Of a stretch of DNA of 64,000 nucleotides, positions 56,374-64,000 are shown piece by piece. The stretch is from positions 130,969 to 194,968 of the forward strand of contig OZ253489.1 in the NCBI GenBank assembly GCA_965261965.1. The letters are read 5' to 3'. Origin of the DNA: Dehalococcoidia bacterium (GTDB taxonomy: Bacteria > Chloroflexota > Dehalococcoidia > Lucifugimonadales > JAGWBF01). Made by a program: the position numbers and the translations under genes. How positions within the stretch are numbered: the first letter of the stretch is position 1; each line of letters begins with the position of its first letter. The notes beneath the pieces were generated by a model, which made no database searches, was not told where the DNA came from, and was given only the letters and a program-made list of their open reading frames with translations.

Positions 56374-56503
56374 ATGCCCTTGGGGCGGCGGATGGAGCTT
56401 GAAGAGCTGGTGGGTGCAGCGGTTTATCTGGCAAGCTCATCGGCGGTAGCTACCACGGGACACTTTCTCATAGTCGACGGAGGCTGGACAGCCCGGTAGG
56501 GTT
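56374..56503 (+). pseudogene. Orphan 3' fragment of an SDR gene
   Basis: 130 bp collinear with 54536-54665 (the last 41 codons, the stop and 4 nt), with 9 mismatches counted by eye. The sequence upstream is unrelated to an SDR. Confidence 0.75.
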
Positions 56504-56541
56504 GCTTCGTCCAAGGGTAGTTCCGTGGCCCGCTGGAAGAG

Positions 56542-57495
56542 CTACAACGCCACTTCCAGACCGACTCCCTCAGTCACGGCCAGATCATATGCCAGCTTGG
56601 CTGCTGCTATGTCGACGACGCCGATACCAAAGTGTTTTACACAAATGTTGTCCGAAGAGTGCCTTCGCCCGGGGGTCAGGCCGGCGACGACTTGGGGCAG
56701 TTCAACCACCTGGTCCCAGCTGATGATTCCCGATTCGATTCCGGCTGCCAATTCGCCCGCTTCATAACGTGCTTGCTCCAAGGAATCCACTATGATCCGG
56801 TTGGCGCGTCGGATCGATGTCGCATCCACCTCCTGTGCATCCAATGTGACAGGCCCGGCGCTCACCAGCAGTGCTCCCTCTTCCAGCCATGCTCCATCCA
56901 GCACCGGGTCTTTTGTGGTGGTGAGACAAACCACTATGCTGCTGCCCTCGACCGCTTCTTGGCTGCTGGCAACGGGTAGGACCTCTGTTTCCAAGGTCTG
57001 AGATAACCGTCGAGCAAAATCGGCGCGCGGCTCAGGGCGCCTGCTGAACACCTTGATAGTTTTAACCTGTCGAGCTTGAGCTACAGCCATCACCTGGGTC
57101 TGAGCTTGGTACCCTGTGCCGATCATGCCGAGGACATCGGCGTCGGCATTGGCCAAGTGGCGTACAGCAACGCCTGTGGTGGCGCCGGTACGCAATGCTC
57201 CAAGCCAGTTGGCGTGGATAAATGCCTTGAGCTGGCCGGTCGCCGCATCGTACAAAATGACATGGTACTGCTGAACGCCGCCCACGGTTGTGTAGGTCTT
57301 GGCTCCGAAAAGGCCTTCATAAGCTAGTCCGCCGCCCATGAGGGCCAACTGGCTATCGCCCAAAGCTATGGTGCGCCGGTCAGCATTGAATGCTTCCCCC
57401 GCAGCATAATGGCGGTGCATCTCCTCCACCTTATCCATCATACTGCCCATGGTTACGGTGTTCTTGATATCAGCGTCGGTCAAGATACGGGCCAT
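56542..57495 (-). CDS. Ornithine cyclodeaminase/mu-crystallin family protein
   Basis: The ORF track extends to 57636. The start preferred here is MARILTDADIKN (ATG 57495). Rossmann motif MIGTGYQAQTQ. Confidence 0.78.
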   Translation of the reverse strand: MARILTDADIKNTVTMGSMMDKVEEMHRHYAAGEAFNADRRTIALGDSQLALMGGGLAYEGLFGAKTYTTVGGVQQYHVILYDAATGQLKAFIHANWLGALRTGATTGVAVRHLANADADVLGMIGTGYQAQTQVMAVAQARQVKTIKVFSRRPEPRADFARRLSQTLETEVLPVASSQEAVEGSSIVVCLTTTKDPVLDGAWLEEGALLVSAGPVTLDAQEVDATSIRRANRIIVDSLEQARYEAGELAAGIESGIISWDQVVELPQVVAGLTPGRRHSSDNICVKHFGIGVVDIAAAKLAYDLAVTEGVGLEVAL

Positions 57496-57672
57496 AGCAA
57501 CCCTCATGGTCTTCAAAATCAGATGACCGATATTATGGCGCCGGTTGGCAATGGGAGCAACACTTGAGCTATGGCGCGCCCGCTGGGGGCGGCGGGAAGC
57601 TCGGCATCGGATATATGATACAATGCCCCGGACCAATCAATGGTCGTATGAATCAGCTCGGAGGGTGCGGCG

Positions 57673-58377
57673 TTGAATTCGGTGAACCAGCAAGAGCCCC
57701 CCAATATTTCCGAAGGATTCTACCGGGAACATGCGGACCGGTATGCGGAAGTATCTCACCAGATGTTGCAGTCGGTGTACATCAAGTCTTCCCATCCACG
57801 ACTTACCGGAGACCTTGATCTGCTCGCCAGACTCAAAGAACTTGTGCCCAGTGGAAGCGGTCTTGATGCTGGTTGCGGTGCGGGCGCCCGGGATGTTTTT
57901 TCGTTCTGGCAGGAGGGATACGATATCTATGGGGTCGATGCCATAGAAGAAAATATCCGGGTAGCCAAAACGGTCCACCCGGAGATATCAGACCGACTTT
58001 CGGTGGCAGACCTGCGGGAGCCGTTGGATTTAGTCGATGATTCCTTTGATTTTGTCATGTGCAACGCGGTGATCCAGCACATCGCACCCGAATATGTGAT
58101 GCAGGTAACGCTGAAGGAGTTTGCCCGTGTGTTGAAGCCGGGCGGCGTGATGCAGCTAATGTTCAAAAACGGTGACGGAGTGTCGACGGTTTTCGACCGT
58201 GATTACGGTGTGGACCGCTCTTTTCTGCTCTATGACGAGCAGGAGGTCCTATCTGCACTGAACAATTTGGGCTTGGACCTTATCGAAGATCCGGACCCCG
58301 AAGTCCTGTCTGGAATAATGTACTTGACCGATCCCAAGCCCGTTGAACATTGTGTGTTTTATACCCGTAAAACCTGA
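57673..58377 (+). CDS. Class I SAM-dependent methyltransferase
   Basis: 234 aa. TTG start with GGAGGG 7 nt upstream. Motif I is LDAGCGAGARD; LKPGGVMQL is the post-II motif. Confidence 0.8.
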   Translation: MNSVNQQEPPNISEGFYREHADRYAEVSHQMLQSVYIKSSHPRLTGDLDLLARLKELVPSGSGLDAGCGAGARDVFSFWQEGYDIYGVDAIEENIRVAKTVHPEISDRLSVADLREPLDLVDDSFDFVMCNAVIQHIAPEYVMQVTLKEFARVLKPGGVMQLMFKNGDGVSTVFDRDYGVDRSFLLYDEQEVLSALNNLGLDLIEDPDPEVLSGIMYLTDPKPVEHCVFYTRKT

Positions 58378-58403
58378 GGGACAACATACCGGTACTCGTT
58401 GAG

Positions 58404-58526
58404 AGATAGTCTGAATAAGTCCCCTTGGATGCGGAGGATGGACGTGAAACCCGTCCCTACGGAGGGGCGAGGTTCCCGCATTCGCGGGAATGACGGGTTT
58501 CAGGCGAGTTGTTCAGAGGTTCCTTA
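58404..58526 (+). mobile_element. Family B MITE, copy X3 (left end slightly truncated)
   Basis: AGATAGTCTGAATAAG...GTTGTTCAGAGGTTCCT-TA. A single internal GAATGACGGG unit. Confidence 0.7.
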
Positions 58527-58853
58527 GGTATGCTTACATAGGACCGGCTGGCCACAGGCATGGCATTTGAACATCTGCCTTCCTTCATGGTAGACTTACG
58601 CCTACATTATTCTATATCCGGTCAACGTGCACCTTCTCAGCCTACCGGTCCAGTAGGTCAACGGTTTGGTTCACTGGCAGCCATTCCGCTGGTGCAAATA
58701 CCCGCTTGTCTCTTAAGCCGCTCTGATGGCTGTCATCAAGTGGGGGAACTTGCGGATCTACGCCCGCAGTTGCGGGGACACAGGAGGTCATCGCGAGGGC
58801 GCCGGGTGACATGGCAGGCAATCCTCATGACGTAGCTCATCTCCTCCTCAACG

Positions 58854-58881
58854 TTTCAAACCTGAAGAACGACCTTATAAT
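58854..58881 (+). promoter_or_regulatory. Candidate promoter for proV
   Basis: TTTCAA (58854-58859), 16 nt, TATAAT (58876-58881), 67 nt upstream of the ATG at 58948. Confidence 0.3.
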
Positions 58882-58947
58882 CTGGTCAGCCCATGAATAT
58901 GGGCGGGTTGACCATGAGCAACAGCAGTTCAGAAAGGCAGGGAAACC

Positions 58948-60219
58948 ATGGCAATGGAAACTGCGACACAATCCCAGAACGGCGCCGGTCATCTCAACTC
59001 CGGCGAGGTAAGCATCTCCGTCAGGGGTCTTTGGAAAGTATTTGGAAAGAACCCGCTTCAAGCCTTGTCCGATGTGAATTCCGGTCTTGACAAGCGGGAG
59101 CTCCAAGAAACCCTCGGCCTGATCGTGGGCTTGCAAGAGGTTAGCTTTGATGTCCACCGTGGAGAGACATTCGTTGTAATGGGTCTCTCGGGAAGTGGAA
59201 AGTCCACATTGGTGCGTTGCTTAAACCGATTGATCGAGCCGACCGCGGGCGAGATCTATGTGGATGGAGAAGATATCCTCAAGGCTGGTCACCAACGCCT
59301 GACCGAGTTCCGGCGGGGTAAAATCGCCATGGTGTTCCAGCACTACGGACTGCTTCCACACCGCAACGTGGTGGACAATGCTTGCTTGGGTCTGGAGGTC
59401 CGGGGGATGGAGAAAACCGAGCGTTACTCCAAGACTCAGGATGTCCTCGACCTTGTGGGCTTGGATGGCTGGGAGCAGTCCTATCCGCGACAACTCAGCG
59501 GAGGCATGCAACAACGTGTGGGGCTGGCCCGGGCCTTGGCAATGGACCCGGATATTCTACTTCTGGACGAGCCCTTTAGCGGACTGGACCCACTCATCCG
59601 CAGGAATATGCAGGATGAGCTGATTCGCATACAACAAGAGCTCCACAGAACCATCGTCTTCATCACCCATGATCTTGCTGAAGCTGTCAAGCTGGGCGAC
59701 CGCATCGTAATAATGCGCGATGGTGCGGTAATCCAGATCGGTAAGCCTGAGGAGATAGTGCTCAACCCGGAAAATGATTATGTTGCAGAATTCACCCAAG
59801 ATGTTCGACGGGAGTCGATATTGACCGCCAACCATATCATGGTTGATCCGTCTTCGGTGGTCTCATCCTGCCATGGACCGGAAGAAGCCCTCCAGGTGAT
59901 GAACAGGAGCGAGTCCGCTTTCGCCTTCATGTTGGACGACGACGAAACATATTTGGGCATTCTAACCGAGCAACAAGCCCATACCGCCCTTCAGGCTGGA
60001 GTAGATAAGCTTGGCGACCACCTGGACAGCTACCTGGATACCGACACCGGACCCATCTCCTACAACATCGCATTGGAGCAGATCATCCCAGTTTGCATGA
60101 TATGTGATTATCCTGTACCGGTTGTGAACGAAGCGGGCAACCTGATTGGCGTGGTGGACCACCACATTCTTGCCGGAGCTCTTTCATCCAACCAGCCAAC
60201 CCAAGACCCCTCCCAATAG
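58948..60219 (+). CDS. proV: Glycine betaine/proline-type ABC transporter ATP-binding protein with C-terminal CBS pair
   Basis: 423 aa. Walker A GLSGSGKST, signature LSGGMQQRV, Walker B LLLDEPFS. The C-terminal ~130 aa look CBS-like. Confidence 0.88.
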   Translation: MAMETATQSQNGAGHLNSGEVSISVRGLWKVFGKNPLQALSDVNSGLDKRELQETLGLIVGLQEVSFDVHRGETFVVMGLSGSGKSTLVRCLNRLIEPTAGEIYVDGEDILKAGHQRLTEFRRGKIAMVFQHYGLLPHRNVVDNACLGLEVRGMEKTERYSKTQDVLDLVGLDGWEQSYPRQLSGGMQQRVGLARALAMDPDILLLDEPFSGLDPLIRRNMQDELIRIQQELHRTIVFITHDLAEAVKLGDRIVIMRDGAVIQIGKPEEIVLNPENDYVAEFTQDVRRESILTANHIMVDPSSVVSSCHGPEEALQVMNRSESAFAFMLDDDETYLGILTEQQAHTALQAGVDKLGDHLDSYLDTDTGPISYNIALEQIIPVCMICDYPVPVVNEAGNLIGVVDHHILAGALSSNQPTQDPSQ

Positions 60220-60259
60220 ACATCACTCTGCAGAAGACCGAACCTCAGGAGGTACACTC

Positions 60260-61333
60260 GTGGCTAAGGCTGTCTCAGGTGGCGAGAATCGGGGAACCGG
60301 CGGGCAAACGACAAACGGCTTCCTGACCAGACAGACGGTCCAATTGCTGGACCTACACACAGTCAGCTTCCTCACGTGGGTAGTGGTCTTCGTGGCATCT
60401 GTGCTGGCTGCGGGGATTGTCAGCTATATAGTGTGGGGGGCGGGCATGGACTTTCCCGCGAAATGGGGACGGCCGATCGGGGCCGAGGTCGATGCGGTCG
60501 TTAAATGGCTGACAACCAATCTAGCTTGGTTGTTCGACGGAATAAAAGAAATAGTGCTCCAGATGCTGGTCGCCTTGGAAGATGCTCTCTTGTGGCTGCC
60601 TTGGCCCGCTTTGATCTTGGCTGTAAGCTTGGTGGCTTGGAGAGTGTCAGGTGTGGCTCTAGGTGCTTTCTGTGGCGTAGCTCTGGTGGGTGTTGGGCTC
60701 ATGGGCAGGCTTCCCGGCAATCCGGAAACCCTGTGGGCAAGCTCAATGGAGACCTTGGCCCTCATCTTGGTGTCGGTCTTCATCTCTCTGTTGACAGGTA
60801 TCCCCCTTGGCGTACTGGGCGCAAAAAACCGGTGGGTAGACAATATCATTCGGCCTATTCTGGATGGCGCCCAGACCATGCCGAGCTTCGTATATTTGGT
60901 GCCGGCCTTGCTCTTCTTCGGATTGGGGACAGTGCCAGCTGTCATGGCCACAGTGATATATGCCATACCGCCGGTGATCCGTCTGACCAACCTTGGAATA
61001 AGACAGGTCTCACCCCAGACCGTGGAAGCGGCCCGCTCCTTTGGAGCTACGCCGATGCAGTTGCTGGTCAAAGTGCAGATTCCCATGGCCATCCCAACCA
61101 TAATGGCTGGTGTGAACCAGACCACGATGCTCGCCCTTTCGATGGTGGTGGTGGCTTCTCTGGTAGGGGCGGGTGGACTTGGCGAGGTGGTATTGAGAGC
61201 TCTTGGGCGCCAAGAACCCGGAAATGCTTTGATCGGAGGGCTGGCCATCGTATCCATCGCCATCGTCATAGATCGGATTACCCAAGCCCTGGCCAAGTCC
61301 AAGGCGGAAGCGTTGTCAGGTGGTGGCGGTTAG
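60260..61333 (+). CDS. proW: Glycine betaine/proline-type ABC transporter permease
   Basis: The ORF track starts at 60146, overlapping proV. The start preferred here is GTG 60260, with AGGAGG at 60247-60252. EAA-loop region EAARSFGATPMQLL. Confidence 0.85.
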   Translation: MAKAVSGGENRGTGGQTTNGFLTRQTVQLLDLHTVSFLTWVVVFVASVLAAGIVSYIVWGAGMDFPAKWGRPIGAEVDAVVKWLTTNLAWLFDGIKEIVLQMLVALEDALLWLPWPALILAVSLVAWRVSGVALGAFCGVALVGVGLMGRLPGNPETLWASSMETLALILVSVFISLLTGIPLGVLGAKNRWVDNIIRPILDGAQTMPSFVYLVPALLFFGLGTVPAVMATVIYAIPPVIRLTNLGIRQVSPQTVEAARSFGATPMQLLVKVQIPMAIPTIMAGVNQTTMLALSMVVVASLVGAGGLGEVVLRALGRQEPGNALIGGLAIVSIAIVIDRITQALAKSKAEALSGGGG

Positions 61334-61379
61334 AAGGAACCTCAAGGTTGCAACATGACATAAATATAGCGTTGCATAG

Positions 61380-62975
61380 GAGTTTGTCTCATAGACCGGT
61401 GGGCGGGTTGAGTAACACAGGTGTGGGAGCGATGCGCCTCAACAGAGGTTGGCCCGTCCAGTTGCACCGGCCACTTGTCGGCCCCCAGAAAGGTCGTCTA
61501 CTCTCTTAGTTCCATGGCGCCTTGACCCAGTCCCAAGGCGCTTGGCCGCTGCGCCATAGCTTGAGCAAGTTATGGGTCGTCCCTGCCAGCGACCACTCAC
61601 TCTGTGCAGTGCCCAACCCCCGTCTCATAAACCGTCGGAACCCCTGGCCTTCCTTGACCTGTCCGAACACCGGCTCCACCAGTACACCCCGCTTCTTGTA
61701 CAGAGCTCGGCCTCGCTTTGTCAGCAGCTTGCGCTCCATCCTGTCCCTCGGGCTCAGTCCTTTTGGTATACGCCCTCGGGGACACCCCTTCTCCCATAGC
61801 AGCTTCCGCTGTTTCCAATCCTTGGTGGTGGCAATAAGAAGCTCAGGCATCTCTGGCCAGGGGCAAGCCCTGATGTTGGCCTCACTCCAGTACCCGGCAT
61901 CGGCCAAGCCCGCTTTGGGCCGGTCCTCTATGCCGGCTGCTTCCAGAGTATGCGCCATGGTTTGGAGCATCGGCTCCAGTTGCTGCACATCGTTGGCCTC
62001 TTGGGTCACTCCAACGGCTACTATGATCTGCTCCTCGCTCACCACCGCCTGGGCATTGTAGCCCTGCACGTACCCTTGCCTGGTCTTCATGATACGACTG
62101 TCCGGGTCGGTGGTATTAGTCTTCGCCTCTTCGGTAGGAAGTGGCTCTACCACCTTGGGCTTTCGCCCTCGCTTCTTTTTGCCTGTGACATCTTCTTCTG
62201 CCCGCCGTCGCTCCACGTGCTCTTGGACAGCCTTGGCTCCTGCTTCAGCCTCCCGCTGCAGACGTTCCTTGGCTTCCTTCAGGCGCTTGAGCCGCTCCGT
62301 CCGTCCCCCTAGCCCTTCCGGTAGCTCATCCCCTCGCCGGTCGGGACCATAATGGGCATCCTCTTCAGCATCCGTTGCCTTGGCCTCTGCCAACATGCGC
62401 CGCACTTCTTCTTCAATGGCCTGGTGGCTCCGGTTGGTGGCCAGGGCCGCGTTGGCTGCCACCTTCGTCCCATCAAGAGCCACTACCCCCAACTTCACCA
62501 GACCCGCTTCATGGCATAACCTCAGTACCTCTACAAAGAGCTCCTCGAACGCCTCCTCGCGCTCCGCCCTAAAGCGACAGATGGTACGGAAGTCTGGCTG
62601 CCGGTTGGCCGCCACCACCCGGAATCCTACATCTTCCTCCAGAGCACGGGCTATGCGCCTGGAACTGCGTACACCCAGGCAGTAGCCGTACAACAGGATG
62701 GCCACCATCATCCCCGGATCGTAGGCCGCTGCACCCCATCCATCACTTCGATAGACTGCATAGAACTCCCTCAGATCCATCTGGCCTACTGCATCTACAA
62801 TGAACCAAGCCAAGTGACCCTCACTCAGCCAATCCCTCATGGACGGCGGCATCAAGTAGCTCTGGTCTCGCTCGCAACTCAGAAGGTTATAAGCCATAGT
62901 GTCCTACCTGCCTGATGTTTCTATGAGCTTACTGCTTCGCCAACCCCGCAGGAAGGGGGTTTATGGGACACGCTC
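61380..62975 (-). mobile_element. IS1182/IS5-like insertion sequence, copy 2 (1596 bp)
   Basis: Collinear with 29391-30986 over its full length. A 4-bp direct repeat ATAG lies on both flanks (61376-61379, 62976-62979). It sits between proW and the substrate-binding gene. Confidence 0.85.
61506..62897 (-). CDS. IS1182/IS5-family DDE transposase
   Basis: 463 aa. It differs from the 29517-30908 product at three residues in the supplied translations (G/E, A/T, A/T). Confidence 0.88.
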   Translation of the reverse strand: MAYNLLSCERDQSYLMPPSMRDWLSEGHLAWFIVDAVGQMDLREFYAVYRSDGWGAAAYDPGMMVAILLYGYCLGVRSSRRIARALEEDVGFRVVAANRQPDFRTICRFRAEREEAFEELFVEVLRLCHEAGLVKLGVVALDGTKVAANAALATNRSHQAIEEEVRRMLAEAKATDAEEDAHYGPDRRGDELPEGLGGRTERLKRLKEAKERLQREAEAGAKAVQEHVERRRAEEDVTGKKKRGRKPKVVEPLPTEEAKTNTTDPDSRIMKTRQGYVQGYNAQAVVSEEQIIVAVGVTQEANDVQQLEPMLQTMAHTLEAAGIEDRPKAGLADAGYWSEANIRACPWPEMPELLIATTKDWKQRKLLWEKGCPRGRIPKGLSPRDRMERKLLTKRGRALYKKRGVLVEPVFGQVKEGQGFRRFMRRGLGTAQSEWSLAGTTHNLLKLWRSGQAPWDWVKAPWN

Positions 62976-63065
62976 ATAGCTGTAAATTTGACAAGAGACC
63001 AAAAAAACGTTAAAAAGGCTTAAGGACGATCAACTTAACTAGGAGGAGATAGTTTATGGTTCGGG

Positions 63066-64000
63066 CATTAACGCTGAAAAGCATCTTCATCTTGATAGCT
63101 CTGCTTGCCGTATCCTTGACAGCTGTGGCATGTGGGAATGGTGATGATGCTTCCACCACAGAAGCACCTGCAACCGTAGAACCAACTGCAACCACAGAAG
63201 CACCTGCAATCGTAGAACCAACTGCAACCGCAGAACCGGAAAAATCTGAGATAGTCTTTTCTGACCTGAACTGGACAAGCGCCCAGGTCCAGAACAGAAT
63301 AGCCCAGTACGTAATAGAAAACGGTTACGGTTATGAGACCAGCGCCATTCTTGGCGGGACGTTGCCCAACTTCCAAGGCTTGCTAAAGGGAGATATCCAT
63401 GTGTCCATGGAGATCTGGCTCCCGAACCAGGTCGAGATTTGGGATCCGGCGGTAGCCAACGGCCAGGTGGTCTCCATAGGGGAGAGCCTTGGCGAAGACT
63501 GGCAAAGCTCTTTTGTCATACCCAAATACATTGCTGACGAATATCCCGGTCTGACAACCATCGAAGATCTGAAGTCGGATGAATTCAACAAGATCTTCCA
63601 AACTACCGATAGTGGCGGCAAAGCCCGCATGGTTGGTTGTATAATTGGGTGGTCCTGTGAAGTTGTGAACCAAACCCAGGTCGAAGCTTATGGTCTGAAC
63701 GACTATATCGACGTGGTAAGCCCCGGTTCCCAAGAAGCCCTTTTCTCCGACCTGCAGGGCAAATATGACAGGCAGGAGCCTTGGTTGGGGTACATGTGGG
63801 GGACAGGAGACCCGGCCTTGGTGCTTGATCTGGTGCGCCTGGAAGAACCGGCTTACACCGATGAGTGCTGGTCTACTACCAAGGCGTGTGCGTATAAGGA
63901 CGCAACCATACTCATCGGGGTACACCCAAGCGTGGTCACTGCTGCGCCTGATGTAATCGAGTTCCTTCGGAATTGGGGTTTCACCATCGACGTCTACAAA
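63066..64000 (+). CDS. proX: Glycine betaine-type ABC transporter substrate-binding lipoprotein, 3' end outside window
   Basis: Not in the ORF track because it is open at the window edge. AGGAGGAG lies 7 nt before the ATG at 63066. Signal peptide plus lipobox LTAVAC, a Thr/Pro/Glu linker with a 2x repeat, then FSDLNWTSAQVQN... Confidence 0.85.

Noticed and set aside
29391-62975. Composite transposon formed by the two IS1182/IS5-like copies
   Set aside because: Each copy has its own matching 4-bp duplication (CCAT/CCAT and ATAG/ATAG). The intervening 30 kb is dominated by core genes.

Overview
64-kb chromosomal window from a moderately GC-rich bacterium. The gene content includes three luciferase-like (LLM/F420-type) oxidoreductases, DUF1501, DUF3179, a PD40 propeller lipoprotein, strong GGAGG ribosome-binding sites and in-frame-UGA redox genes. 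This fits a Chloroflexota (SAR202/Dehalococcoidia-like) genome best, but that is inference only. Housekeeping genes: fusA (partial), an AAA+/VWA pair, htpX, an epimerase, trxB, ggt, mogA/moaB, trmD, zwf, tsaD, the pyrimidine block pyrB-carA-(orphan)-carB, and a proV-proW-proX betaine-type ABC transporter. Accessory and mobile content: a type II R-M pair; two IS1380-family copies, one intact and one decayed; two near-identical IS1182/IS5-like copies with separate 4-bp target duplications; and a low-GC cassette encoding a triple bacterial-PH + SHOCT protein broken at a G6 run. Main findings: (1) Two genes mis-split or truncated by the ORF track are best read as selenoproteins: a U-G-S-C protein and a DsbA/FrnE-like protein with U-P-F-C. 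Each has a hairpin 12-13 nt after the UGA. (2) A precisely sized 118-120-bp GTCATTC...GAATGAC element is present in about 20 copies in five arrays. It has terminal sub-repeat arrays, and its core occurs in both orientations relative to asymmetric ends. (3) A second MITE family bounded by TA has three copies, one sitting exactly in the carB stop codon. (4) Head-to-tail duplications of gene termini recur at the fusA 3' end, the htpX 5' end, a convergent LLM/crotonase pair and the MFS 3' end; a fifth tandem array of unassigned content sits in the pyrB leader. No rRNA, tRNA or CRISPR array was recognised. Family assignments come from motifs and memory, with no database search. Repeat and IS boundaries are good to a few bp. 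Promoter calls are weak.
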